From an uncultured Candidatus Saccharibacteria bacterium (GTDB taxonomy: Bacteria; Patescibacteriota; Minisyncoccia; Phycocordibacterales; Phycocordibacteraceae), in the NCBI GenBank assembly GCA_964446735.1, contig CAYUQB010000001.1, positions 27,892-91,891 of the forward strand: 64,000 nucleotides of DNA, written 5' to 3'. Numbering within the stretch: position 1 is the first letter of the stretch; each line of letters starts with the position of its first letter. The position numbers and the translations under genes were made by a program. The notes under the pieces are model-generated. The model saw only the letters and a program-made list of their open reading frames with translations. It had not been told where the DNA came from and did not search any database. Below, piece by piece: positions 40,202 through 49,660 of this stretch.

Positions 40202-41263
40202 TTATTTCAACAACGCAATCGCAATGCCAAAGATACCCGCAATGATGGTGATCACCCAATACCGCATGGTGACCTTGTATGCCGGCCATCCAACCGCTTC
40301 GAAATGGTGATGAATAGGTGCGATACGGAAGAGCTTCCGCTTGAATACTTTCTTGGAAATGACTTGGAGCACATTTGTAGCGACGGTGCCGGCAAGCGGA
40401 AATGCAATGATCGGAAGTACTGCAACGCCCACCCCCTCCCCGAGGACGTCAGCTGAAAACGCGGTAACCGCAAGCGCGACCGTGAGCGCCATACTGCCGG
40501 TTTCTGATAAGTAGAAACGGGCAGGTGGAATATTGAACCAAAGGAACGCAAAGAGTGCGCCTGCAACCGCGGCAGCAAATGCAGCCAGTGATACCTGGCT
40601 CTGTGCAAACGCAATGGCGGAGTATGCCATAAAAATAATTGCGAAGACGCCACCGGCTAATCCATCAATGCCATCGATGACTCCACCGGAGTACAGTGCA
40701 AGCGTCACGAGTATAAAGAAAGGAATAAAAAAGAGGCCCAGAGACAGTTCGCCAAAGAAAGGAATGCCAACGGAAGAGACTCCGAGCTTCTCATAGAACC
40801 ACCAGCCAGAAAAGGCCGCAAGCGCACCTACCACTAAAAGTCGCCAGCGGAGTCGAAGTCCACCGTTCGATCGTGTCACTTCGAGAATATCATCAGCAAG
40901 ACCAACTACGGCGCCAACGATAAGGGCAAAGAGCGGGAGCCAGGTCTGCTCCCGATTCACGAAATCAAGACTGGTGAACGGGCCACCAAACACCGCGGCA
41001 AGTGCTATGGCAAGGAGTGCGGTAAGCAATACCGCTCCCCACACCACAATTCCGCCCATACGTGGGGTGGATACTTCCCGTTCGCTATGAAGCGCATCGA
41101 ACATAGGGGTGCCGGTATCGTCTCCCAATCCTTTTCCCTTCCCTGGTTTTTTCTTCCAGGCACGGTACGTGTAGAGATAGTGTGCGACGACCGGCGAAAG
41201 CAGGATGCCGATCACGAAGGCGACAACGAACGGTATGAGCACTTGGGCAGCGTCGAGAATCAT
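40202..41263 (-). CDS. mraY: Phospho-MurNAc-pentapeptide transferase
   Basis: TPRMGG, G.ADD, DGIDGL, LWFN..PA, APIHHHFE. Confidence 0.93.
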   Translation of the reverse strand: MILDAAQVLIPFVVAFVIGILLSPVVAHYLYTYRAWKKKPGKGKGLGDDTGTPMFDALHSEREVSTPRMGGIVVWGAVLLTALLAIALAAVFGGPFTSLDFVNREQTWLPLFALIVGAVVGLADDILEVTRSNGGLRLRWRLLVVGALAAFSGWWFYEKLGVSSVGIPFFGELSLGLFFIPFFILVTLALYSGGVIDGIDGLAGGVFAIIFMAYSAIAFAQSQVSLAAFAAAVAGALFAFLWFNIPPARFYLSETGSMALTVALAVTAFSADVLGEGVGVAVLPIIAFPLAGTVATNVLQVISKKVFKRKLFRIAPIHHHFEAVGWPAYKVTMRYWVITIIAGIFGIAIALLK

Positions 41264-41266
41264 GTC

Positions 41267-42253
41267 CTATGGATTTGATTCAGCAAAATGATCGAGCGTG
41301 CGGTCGACGAGCACGTCCACATCTCTAAATCGACCTTCACGAGTCGAACCGAGCACCACTACCGCAACTGGATGGTTGATACCAACATCAAATACCACCA
41401 CTAAATTGCCTCCCGCCAGGTCAGTGAATCCGGTCTTTGAAAGTAATGGGTTCGGAATATGCACAATGCCTTGGTTGGTATTCGGGAGCGTATGAGTGTT
41501 GCCTCGACTGTCACGGATAGTAACCGACGATTCAATGGTAGAGCGCGCAATAGTGGGAGCTTCTTTCAAAAGCGCACCAGAAAGCTTCGCAACATCGAGT
41601 GCTGATCCGTATCCGCCTGAGACACTCTCACTGACATCAAGGCCCGTGCCGTTAAGTGCGTAGGTACGGGTCAGTCCCATGGCAGCAGCGGCGCTCGCGA
41701 GTAGTCCACGGTCATTTGTCCGACTCTCCCGTGCCGCTACCTCGGCAATTGCAGCTGCTGCGTCATTGGACGATGCGACCAGAGCGTACCGTGCAAGGTC
41801 CTCCACGGAAAACGTCTCTCCTTCGGTAAGTCCGCTATCACCCTCAGCGGCAAGCGCAGATGCGGTGATGGTAATGCGCGATTCAGGATCAAGCGCGGTT
41901 GCTGCAGCATAGGTCGTGAGAAGCTTCGTCAGTGATGCCAGTGGAAGCTGGTCATCGGCATTCTTCTCGAAGAGGGTGCGCCCGTACGCCAGATCGTAGA
42001 CGACCGCTGCGTGTCCGATAAGTGAAAGTTTGTCATATGGGCTTGGGCGCGGCGGGGTCGTTGTTGCTTCCGATTGATGGGGGAGCGTCTTGGAGAGTTG
42101 TGTGCGACCATTCCCGAGTATTGGGATCATCATGATGCCAAAGCCGATGAGGCCCAGCGCTGCCATCACACCTGCCCCTGCTTGTCGACGCTTATTACGC
42201 ACCTCAAGACGCTTTACGAGTTCTGCCAAATCTGGATGTTCAGCGCCTTTCAT
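41267..42253 (-). CDS. D-Ala-D-Ala carboxypeptidase (peptidase S11)
   Basis: ASLTK, SSN, KTG motifs; N-terminal TM. Confidence 0.88.
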   Translation of the reverse strand: MKGAEHPDLAELVKRLEVRNKRRQAGAGVMAALGLIGFGIMMIPILGNGRTQLSKTLPHQSEATTTPPRPSPYDKLSLIGHAAVVYDLAYGRTLFEKNADDQLPLASLTKLLTTYAAATALDPESRITITASALAAEGDSGLTEGETFSVEDLARYALVASSNDAAAAIAEVAARESRTNDRGLLASAAAAMGLTRTYALNGTGLDVSESVSGGYGSALDVAKLSGALLKEAPTIARSTIESSVTIRDSRGNTHTLPNTNQGIVHIPNPLLSKTGFTDLAGGNLVVVFDVGINHPVAVVVLGSTREGRFRDVDVLVDRTLDHFAESNP

Positions 42254-42798
42254 ACTTCTTCAGCCTCACTTTTGGCTTCTTCAGCCGAAATTGCACTCGT
42301 GAACTCTGCATAGCGTGGCAAGTCTTCCTTCTTTGAAACCCCAAGATGTGCCAATGCATCAACGGTTGCTTTGTATCGCGCTCGTCGTTTGTCGTTAGCG
42401 TCCTCGGTGCGCTCAATGAGTCCTCGGAGCGTGAGAGATCGTATCGCAGCTGCCGAGTTTACTCCGCGCACCCAGTCGATCTCACCACGTGTCGCACTAC
42501 CCCGGTATAGGATCATGGCAAGCGTCTCAAGGCTTGCTTTCCCCAAATCTCGTGACAACTCGCTTTCCCGGAGCTTCTTCACTACCGTACTCGCTTCCGC
42601 TGCGGTACGTACCTCAAGCTCGTCTTCAGTGGCTATAAGCGCAAGACCACTTTCAGACAGCGTTCGATCGAGCTCGGTGATAGCTTCATGCAAATCCTCC
42701 TTGGAGAGGTCGAGTATCTTGGTAAGTCGCGTCGTAGGAAGCGCCTCGCCGGCGGCAAAGAGTATAGCGAGAAGCCGGGCGGAATTGGTAAGCGCCAT
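42250..42798 (-). CDS. scpB: Segregation/condensation protein B
   Basis: LETLA.I.Y, TRGEID.VRGVNS; next to scpA. Confidence 0.9.
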   Translation of the reverse strand: MALTNSARLLAILFAAGEALPTTRLTKILDLSKEDLHEAITELDRTLSESGLALIATEDELEVRTAAEASTVVKKLRESELSRDLGKASLETLAMILYRGSATRGEIDWVRGVNSAAAIRSLTLRGLIERTEDANDKRRARYKATVDALAHLGVSKKEDLPRYAEFTSAISAEEAKSEAEEV

Positions 42799-42854
42799 AG
42801 TCTCTACAGGATACCGCTTTACCGGGGCATCGAGAACCCCTTTCTGTCCCCGTA

Positions 42855-43595
42855 TTAGCCGTACCGCGGTGTTGCCGGCGCAGTATTCGTGATGCGGATA
42901 TCTGCAAAGGTGTCGTGTTGCTGTGCATCGACACTCCCCTGCTTCACGAGCTCAAGGAGTGCTAGGAATGACACGATGACTTCTACTCGCTCACTCGATC
43001 CCGCTGAGAACTCCTTAAAGGACATAGAAAGCTTTTGCTGAACACGTCCCAAAAGCCGCTCCATCATTTCTTCGATTGTGATCATGGTGCGCACCCGAGC
43101 TTCGGGAAGCTTTTCTTCTTTCTCAAGGGCAGCGAGCGCATCCGCGAGCGCCGATTCCAAATTCTTAAGAGAAAGATCGCCACTCGGTGCAAAGATTGGT
43201 TCAGGAGAACGCTCCCCTGCCGATACCATGACGGACCGCCCGAATATTCTTCCCAGCTCTCGCATCATTTCGCGCACCCGCTCATATTCAGCAAGTCTGC
43301 GCTTCAGTTCCTCAACGTCACTTTCTTCTTCCTCGGAAAGCTCAAGCTCTGGGATGAGAGACTTGGACTTAATGAGAAGCAGGGTCGCAGCAACGCCAAT
43401 GAACTGCGCCGCATCCTCCATAGGAAACTTCGCCTGGGTACGCACGTGTTCGATATAGTCATCGGTTACCTGCGAAAGCGATATCTCGTTTACGGAGAGT
43501 TTGCGCTTTTCGATCAGTTCAAGCACCAATTCGAACGGACCTTCGTAGGATTCCGTTCGGAGATGCAATCCCGAGTCTTTTATTTCGAGTGCCAT
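42855..43595 (-). CDS. scpA: Segregation/condensation protein A
   Basis: EGP..L.L.LI, LL.IKS..L.P, FLALLEL. Confidence 0.92.
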   Translation of the reverse strand: MALEIKDSGLHLRTESYEGPFELVLELIEKRKLSVNEISLSQVTDDYIEHVRTQAKFPMEDAAQFIGVAATLLLIKSKSLIPELELSEEEESDVEELKRRLAEYERVREMMRELGRIFGRSVMVSAGERSPEPIFAPSGDLSLKNLESALADALAALEKEEKLPEARVRTMITIEEMMERLLGRVQQKLSMSFKEFSAGSSERVEVIVSFLALLELVKQGSVDAQQHDTFADIRITNTAPATPRYG

Positions 43596-44989
43596 TGCTC
43601 GATAAATCGTATCAAGAGACGGACTGGTGCGCCTGCCGCTCCTTTGGACAACTCCTCTCCTGGTGCAGACGTCATGCGTGGAGCGATATCAAGATGTGCC
43701 CATGGACACTCAAGTTCTTTAGCGAATTGCCAGAGAAAGATGCCTCCCTCAATAGCACCTCCGTATCTCCCAGACTGACCCGTTCCGATGTTGGTAATAT
43801 CGGCGAACGTGCCCTGGATGGCAGGTTCATACTCGTCCCAGAGTGGGAGCGGCCAGACATAGTCGCCACTCTCTTCTCCGAGCTCTTGAAGCTGCTTTGC
43901 GAGCTTCTCATCACGGCTCATCACGCCGCTTGCATAGAGGCCAAGTGCAGAGAGCGCTGCACCGGTAAGTGTTGCGGCATCAATGACTACCGCAGGCTTG
44001 AGTTTCTTTGCATAGGTAATAGCGTCGGCGAGAACGAGTCGTCCTTCCGCATCCGTGTTAAGTACCTCGATAGTTTTTCCGGACATTGAACGAAGGATGT
44101 CGCCAGGACGGTAGGCTTCGTTGCCGGGCATATTTTCGGCAGATGGAATGAGGGCAATAACGTTCTTCTTCAATTTCAAACGCGCTGCAAGCGCGATCGT
44201 ATGTATGACCGCTGCCGCTCCCGACATATCCATGTGCATCTCATAGATGGAGGTTGAAGGTTTCAGATTGAGTCCCCCCGAATCGAACGTGATTCCCTTG
44301 CCGGCAAGTACGATCGGAGCCCCAGAGGCACCACGGTATTCCATGATGGTGAACGTGGGCGGATAGGTGGAACCTTTGCCCACTCCTAAAAGCGCACCCA
44401 TACCGAGTTTCTGCATCTGTGCGACGGTAAGAGTCGTGACTGTGATGGGGAGTCCTTTGGCTGCAAGCTTTGCCGCCTGTGCGAGCCCTTTCGGGGTCAT
44501 GTCGCCTCCGGGGGTATTAGCAAGTTCACGAGTCCTGTTCACTTCTTGTCCGACGGTTTGCCCTACCTTTGCTGCCTTCTCAATGCTCGCGGTCCACTGA
44601 CCATACACGAGTATCTCTTCAACCTCAGTCCACCCCTCTTTTGGTTTCGATTTAAATCTCTTGTACTCAAAATTCGCCATCTCATATGCTTCAGCGGCAA
44701 GGCGCGCAAGTTCTTCCGGAGCAACGCGTTCCATACCCTTCATCAGCCAGGGCGAGTCAGCAAACGAAACAGCGATCTTCCGTTTCTTGAATGACTTTGC
44801 CGTAGTGATTACGGAACGACACAGGGTGATGAATGTACGACGGGTGAGCGGTGTCGCTACACCGATCTCAATCATCTCAACACCGTTTTCACGCACCAAT
44901 CGCCTCACTCCCTTCTCCTTCACGAACACGATTCGCGCATGGGTTTTTGGTGCCTTCTCGATACTTCCTTTACTGAGAGTAATTTTCAT
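43580..44989 (-). CDS. pepA: Leucyl aminopeptidase (M17)
   Basis: GKGITFDSGG, DMSG, NTDAEGRL, ATLTGA, HLDIA. Confidence 0.93.
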   Translation of the reverse strand: MKITLSKGSIEKAPKTHARIVFVKEKGVRRLVRENGVEMIEIGVATPLTRRTFITLCRSVITTAKSFKKRKIAVSFADSPWLMKGMERVAPEELARLAAEAYEMANFEYKRFKSKPKEGWTEVEEILVYGQWTASIEKAAKVGQTVGQEVNRTRELANTPGGDMTPKGLAQAAKLAAKGLPITVTTLTVAQMQKLGMGALLGVGKGSTYPPTFTIMEYRGASGAPIVLAGKGITFDSGGLNLKPSTSIYEMHMDMSGAAAVIHTIALAARLKLKKNVIALIPSAENMPGNEAYRPGDILRSMSGKTIEVLNTDAEGRLVLADAITYAKKLKPAVVIDAATLTGAALSALGLYASGVMSRDEKLAKQLQELGEESGDYVWPLPLWDEYEPAIQGTFADITNIGTGQSGRYGGAIEGGIFLWQFAKELECPWAHLDIAPRMTSAPGEELSKGAAGAPVRLLIRFIEQWHSK

Positions 44990-44994
44990 AGTTA

Positions 44995-46338
44995 TTAACT
45001 CGGCGTATCGGTTGAAAGGAGCTGGTCAATGCGATTGATGTCACGCGGGAAGAGTGTCGCTTCCTTTACGTTTGCGAGACCGAGGAACTTTGCTGTGAGT
45101 CGTTCAAGTCCCATACCCCATCCGCCATGTGGCGGCATCCCGTATTTGAAGGCCTGCAGATAGAACGAGAATTGGTCGGGATCGAGTCCCTTCATGCGTA
45201 TGCCGTCGATGAGGTTCTGGTACTCATGACGTCGCTGGCCACCCGTGGTTATTTCAACTCCTCGGAACAAGAGGTCGAAGCTTTTAGTGAACCCTGGATC
45301 CTCCGGATCCTCCATGGTGTACATGGGACGCTTAGCAACGGGATAGTGGGTGATGAATATAAAATCTGAGTCGTGCTCTTTCTTTGCCCACTCACAGAGC
45401 CAGCGTTCATCCTCGGGCTCAAGGTCCGGCTCCTGTCGATTGTCCTTCCCAGTTTCTGTAAAGATGATCTCCTGCGCTTCACGAAGCTTGAGACGCGGTA
45501 TTTCATTTGGCACTTCAGGTATCTCTGCGCCAAGGAGTGCGAATTCAGCAGCAACTGTCTTCTTCAAGTGTTCTGAAACATGCTGCATGAGTCGATTCTC
45601 AACCTGCATCACATCGAGGTGGCTTTCAATGAACCCCATCTCCGCATCGAGAGAGGTGTATTCATTGAGGTGCCGCGAAGTGCTGTGCTTCTCGGCGCGA
45701 AATACGATACCGCTCGAATAGACACGCTCGAACACCCCTACCATGATTTGCTTATACAGTTGAGGTGAGGTAGCAAGATGTGCGGTCTTGCCATAGAAAT
45801 ATGGAACCTCAAACACTTCCCCGCTTCCTTCTGCGTCGTCTCCAATCAGTTTCGGTGCTTGAAATTCAGTAAATCCATCGCTGTTAAGAAATTCACGGTA
45901 TGCCTTTAGGATCTCACTCTGTACCTTGAACACCGCACGTGCACGCTTGCTGCGAAGCGTGAGCGGTAAATGATCCAGGTACGTATCAAGATTAAGTTCT
46001 CCTTCAAATTCAAATGGCACTGGCTCGGCTTCTGCGAGCACCCGCATGCCAGTTATTTCGAGTTCGATATCACCGTTCTGCTTATCCGCTTGTATGTTCT
46101 TCTCCGGGCGTTGATTCACGATCCCTTCGACTGCAACTACGAATTGATTGCGTACCTCTTTTGCAGTATCGATAGCGGCTGAACCGGGAAGCACGACTCC
46201 CTGGACATATCCTGTGGCGTCTCGGAAATCAAAAAAGACGAGCTTGCCCTGATCTCGACGCACGTCTACGGAGCCGGCAACAGATACGGTCTCTCCTACA
46301 TGGCGAGCTAGCTCGCCTATCGCTATACGGCCTTGCAT
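44995..46338 (-). CDS. aspS: Non-discriminating (archaeal-type, short) aspartyl-tRNA synthetase
   Basis: OB fold, SPQLYKQ, FRAE.H.TSRHL.E, GMPPHGG.G.GLER; 447 aa without the GAD insertion. Confidence 0.9.
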   Translation of the reverse strand: MQGRIAIGELARHVGETVSVAGSVDVRRDQGKLVFFDFRDATGYVQGVVLPGSAAIDTAKEVRNQFVVAVEGIVNQRPEKNIQADKQNGDIELEITGMRVLAEAEPVPFEFEGELNLDTYLDHLPLTLRSKRARAVFKVQSEILKAYREFLNSDGFTEFQAPKLIGDDAEGSGEVFEVPYFYGKTAHLATSPQLYKQIMVGVFERVYSSGIVFRAEKHSTSRHLNEYTSLDAEMGFIESHLDVMQVENRLMQHVSEHLKKTVAAEFALLGAEIPEVPNEIPRLKLREAQEIIFTETGKDNRQEPDLEPEDERWLCEWAKKEHDSDFIFITHYPVAKRPMYTMEDPEDPGFTKSFDLLFRGVEITTGGQRRHEYQNLIDGIRMKGLDPDQFSFYLQAFKYGMPPHGGWGMGLERLTAKFLGLANVKEATLFPRDINRIDQLLSTDTPS

Positions 46339-46368
46339 AGCTACTAAAATACCACGAAAGCGCGAGTA

Positions 46369-47322
46369 TCAGGCCACGCCAATAGCACGGCGCACGTCCC
46401 GCATTTTTTGATCAGCTCGACTACGCGCTTCGTCTCGCCCTCGAGCCAGGACCGCTTCAACCGCACCGGAATCCGCATCAAGTGCTTGGTATCGCTCGCG
46501 CATAGGGGCAATGAAGGCATTGAGGTCTTCAACTAACGCTTCTTTAAGAATCTTGTACTGACCCTTGTTCTCTTCATACAGCTTCTTCAATTCGCTCTCA
46601 CTCTTCAACAGCTTATGAATGGCGTAGACGTGTTCTGGGTACTTACCAGAAGAGTCGGTGACTATACTCATCACTGCCTTTGTGATCTCTTCGCTCGAAG
46701 CAAACAGAGGAATGGTGTTGCCGTAGCTCTTACTCATTTTTTGACCGTCGGTTCCTGGGACGACTGCAACCGCAGGCAGGATTCGTTCTTCCGGTAGTTT
46801 GAAGGTCTCGCCGAAGATACGATTGAATTTCTGTGCCGTATCGCGTGCATACTCTACGTGCTGTTTCTGGTCTTGTCCGACCGGTACGACAGCACTGTCG
46901 TACAGGAGAATGTCGGCTGCCATGAGCATGGGGTAGTTAAAAGTACCTACGTTTATTTCTTTATCCCGTGCCTCCGCATCCTTGAATGCATGTGCGCGCA
47001 TGAGGTACGGCATGGTGGTGATCGTGTCGAAAATCCAGGCGAGCTCGGTATGTGCTGGCACGTCTGATTGCTTGAAGATGGTCACTCGTTCGGGATCCAA
47101 TCCGATCGCTAGAAGCGTGCGGGCGAGCTCCATCGTAAGTGCGTGCATCTGGGAGGCATCCTGGATGAAGTTAAGTGCGTGATAGTCCGCGATCATGAGG
47201 TAGCAGTCGTGCTTCCCTTCCTCCTGAAGGTCGACCCACTGCTTGAGTGCCCCGAAATAATTACCAATATGTGCAGTCCCCGTTGGCTTCATGCCGGACA
47301 GGAGAATAGGCTTCTCTTTCAT
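46369..47322 (-). CDS. trpS: Tryptophanyl-tRNA synthetase
   Basis: PTG..HIGNY, YP.LMAADIL, VPVG.DQ, KMSKS. Confidence 0.96.
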   Translation of the reverse strand: MKEKPILLSGMKPTGTAHIGNYFGALKQWVDLQEEGKHDCYLMIADYHALNFIQDASQMHALTMELARTLLAIGLDPERVTIFKQSDVPAHTELAWIFDTITTMPYLMRAHAFKDAEARDKEINVGTFNYPMLMAADILLYDSAVVPVGQDQKQHVEYARDTAQKFNRIFGETFKLPEERILPAVAVVPGTDGQKMSKSYGNTIPLFASSEEITKAVMSIVTDSSGKYPEHVYAIHKLLKSESELKKLYEENKGQYKILKEALVEDLNAFIAPMRERYQALDADSGAVEAVLARGRDEARSRADQKMRDVRRAIGVA

Positions 47323-47400
47323 GGGAAAACGATAGCATAAAAAGGAGCCGCGCCTTGGGGGGCGCGGCAGATCTCTTCCAGTTTGTTGGTGGTTCTTCCG

Positions 47401-47736
47401 CTAGTCCTCTGCGAGGAGGACAGCGAAAGTATTTGGCCCTTCACGCACCGTCATGAAGACGCCATGAAAGTCCACGTCGTGCGCCACTTGCGCTGAGATG
47501 ATGTCATAGGTGTGGTGGCCAGTTGACCTGGCCAGACTGGCCTCCAGCTCAGCGATTTCTTCGTTGTACTGGCGTCGGCGATAGCAAGCCGATTCGTATT
47601 CGCTTATCGCCGACTTGTCGTCTGCCAGTACGTTCGGTTCGAGCAGCCTGATCTGGGCTTCCAGAACTTGGAGCTCGGACCGACAAAGGGCAAGGCGTTC
47701 TGAGTCGCCTTTTAGCACCAATTTGCGTTCGTCCAT
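47401..47736 (-). CDS. Orphan coiled-coil protein
   Basis: GGGAG SD before MDERKL. Confidence 0.5.
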   Translation of the reverse strand: MDERKLVLKGDSERLALCRSELQVLEAQIRLLEPNVLADDKSAISEYESACYRRRQYNEEIAELEASLARSTGHHTYDIISAQVAHDVDFHGVFMTVREGPNTFAVLLAED

Positions 47737-47907
47737 GGTCCGCTCCCACTTGAAGATCGGTACCGGTACCGTGCCGGCATGATTCGTAGAACCTATCACT
47801 AAGGTCCTAGGTTGCCAACTAAAGGAACCAAGATCCCTATTCGGGATCTTTCGTGTGCACCGTGGCTTGAGTCTTATCGAACTTCTGTAGGTGTATGTGT
47901 TGTAGAG

Positions 47908-47934
47908 AAGTCCCCCAAGTCCCCCAAGTCCACC
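47908..47934 (+). repeat. 9-bp tandem repeat x3
   Basis: AAGTCCCCC AAGTCCCCC AAGTCCACC. Confidence 0.75.
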
Positions 47935-48080
47935 ACTCGAAGATTGCAGCGGTGTCGACTGAACACGGGCGGCTTCCCTCAGCCCGTGTTCAGCCACAAG
48001 ACATCCGCTGCAAATACTTGTTCCGGCTTGGCACATTCGTCCGCCTACCGTAGGGCCAGGAATGGCGCGAGCATGCACGC

Positions 48081-48254
48081 ATGCCCGAGCTACCCGGCGA
48101 TCTTCTCCTCGACCGCTACCTACCCGATGCGACGAATGAGGAACGTAGTGAGGCGCGTCAAAACCTCTGTGCCTTCGCCAAAGCTATGAAGAACCTCGGC
48201 GCAGAGCATCGGAACTACCGCTGGCAGATCGAGGCGCTGTCCGATGACGTATGA
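48081..48254 (+). CDS. 57-aa protein translationally coupled to the recombinase (not in ORF track)
   Basis: MPELPGDLLLDRYLPDATNEERSEARQNL...; stop overlaps recombinase start (ATGA). Confidence 0.55.
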   Translation: MPELPGDLLLDRYLPDATNEERSEARQNLCAFAKAMKNLGAEHRNYRWQIEALSDDV

Positions 48255-49660
48255 AGCCACACCTCGCCTACATCCGGGTGTCGACCGTCAGACAGGGTGA
48301 GCAGAACTCGTCACTGGCTGAGCAGCGGGCGTCCATCACGGCATACGCGCAGCGCCACAACCTCCAAATCGGCGAGTGGTTTGAGGAAATGGAGACCGCC
48401 GCGAAGAACGGCCGGCTCCAGTTCAATCGGATGATGACCCTGCTGCGTACCAAGCGGCACGGTGGCCTGCTTGTTCACAAGATCGACCGCAGCGCGCGCA
48501 ACCTCAAGGACTGGGCTAGGCTCGGTGAGCTCATCGATGAGGGCATCCCGGTACACTTCACGCATGAGAGCCTCGACCTCTCTTCCCGCGGCGGTCGACT
48601 GGCAGCCGACATCCAGGCGGTCGTGGCTGCCGACTTCATCCGGAACCTGCGCGATGAGGTGAAGAAGGGCATGTACGGGCGCTTGAAGCAGGGTTTCTAT
48701 CCCCTGCCCGCGCCGCCCGGCTACCGGGACCATGGCTCCGCAAAGCATAAGACCATCGACCCATTGAAGGGTCCCATCGTCCGCTTCGCCTTCGAGGGAT
48801 ATGCGACCGCCAACTACACGCTCGACACCATGCGAGAGGAACTCTGGCACCGGGGGCTCCGTGGGCCGAACGACAAGCCGCTCTCAAAGAACTCGATCGC
48901 AAGCACGCTCCACAACCCCTTCTACTACGGCGTGATCAAGATCCGCCGGAGTGGTGAGACCTTCATCGGTGGCCACGAGCCTCTCATTACGAAGAAGCTC
49001 TACGACCAGGTCCAGGAAGTCCTCAGTGGTCGGGCGGCGCTCAGAACGACCCACCACGACTTTGCGTACCGCACGCTCATCAGGTGCGAGCACTGCAAGA
49101 ATTTCGTCGTGGGTGAACGACAAAAGGGTCACGTCTATTACCGCTGCCACACCAAGGGCTGTCATCAGCGATCCCTCCGGGAGGATAGGATCGAGCAAAC
49201 CATCTTCGACACCCTCGCCAACCTACAGATGCCGGATGGCGAACTGATGGACCTCCGCGCCTGCGCGAAGCACTACGAGACCGAAGCACGGAAGGCCCGC
49301 AGGGAGACGGTCACCAAAGCTGAGCAGGAGCTGTTCCTCGTTGGCACCCGGCTCGCGAAGCTGACTGACGGGTACCTCGATGGCGAGATCGAGAGCGGTC
49401 TCTTCCGCGAGCGACAGACTGCCCTCGTCGAGCGTCAGGCGGAGCTGCGGCAGATCGCTGAGGAGAAGCCGGGCGATGCGGAGCTCGATCAGACCGCTGA
49501 AATGCTGAGCCTTGTGCTCGAGGCGCGCGCGAAATTCGCCGTCGCGACACCAGAGGAAAAGCGGCACCTGCTTCAGGCACTGGCGAGCGAGCTGACCGCG
49601 CGAGAGGGCGAGTTGGTACTCACGTTGCGGAGCCCGTTTGATCGAATCGCAACGACTTAG
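48251..49660 (+). CDS. Large serine recombinase
   Basis: YIRVST catalytic Ser, DRSARN, P.GY, NPFYYG, HEPLI, zinc ribbon (C..C...YYRC...C), coiled coil. Confidence 0.93.
   Translation: MKPHLAYIRVSTVRQGEQNSSLAEQRASITAYAQRHNLQIGEWFEEMETAAKNGRLQFNRMMTLLRTKRHGGLLVHKIDRSARNLKDWARLGELIDEGIPVHFTHESLDLSSRGGRLAADIQAVVAADFIRNLRDEVKKGMYGRLKQGFYPLPAPPGYRDHGSAKHKTIDPLKGPIVRFAFEGYATANYTLDTMREELWHRGLRGPNDKPLSKNSIASTLHNPFYYGVIKIRRSGETFIGGHEPLITKKLYDQVQEVLSGRAALRTTHHDFAYRTLIRCEHCKNFVVGERQKGHVYYRCHTKGCHQRSLREDRIEQTIFDTLANLQMPDGELMDLRACAKHYETEARKARRETVTKAEQELFLVGTRLAKLTDGYLDGEIESGLFRERQTALVERQAELRQIAEEKPGDAELDQTAEMLSLVLEARAKFAVATPEEKRHLLQALASELTAREGELVLTLRSPFDRIATT

Noticed and set aside
47908-47934. CRISPR array
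   Set aside because: Only three 9-bp contiguous units with no spacers and no cas genes; no CRISPR seen anywhere in the window.
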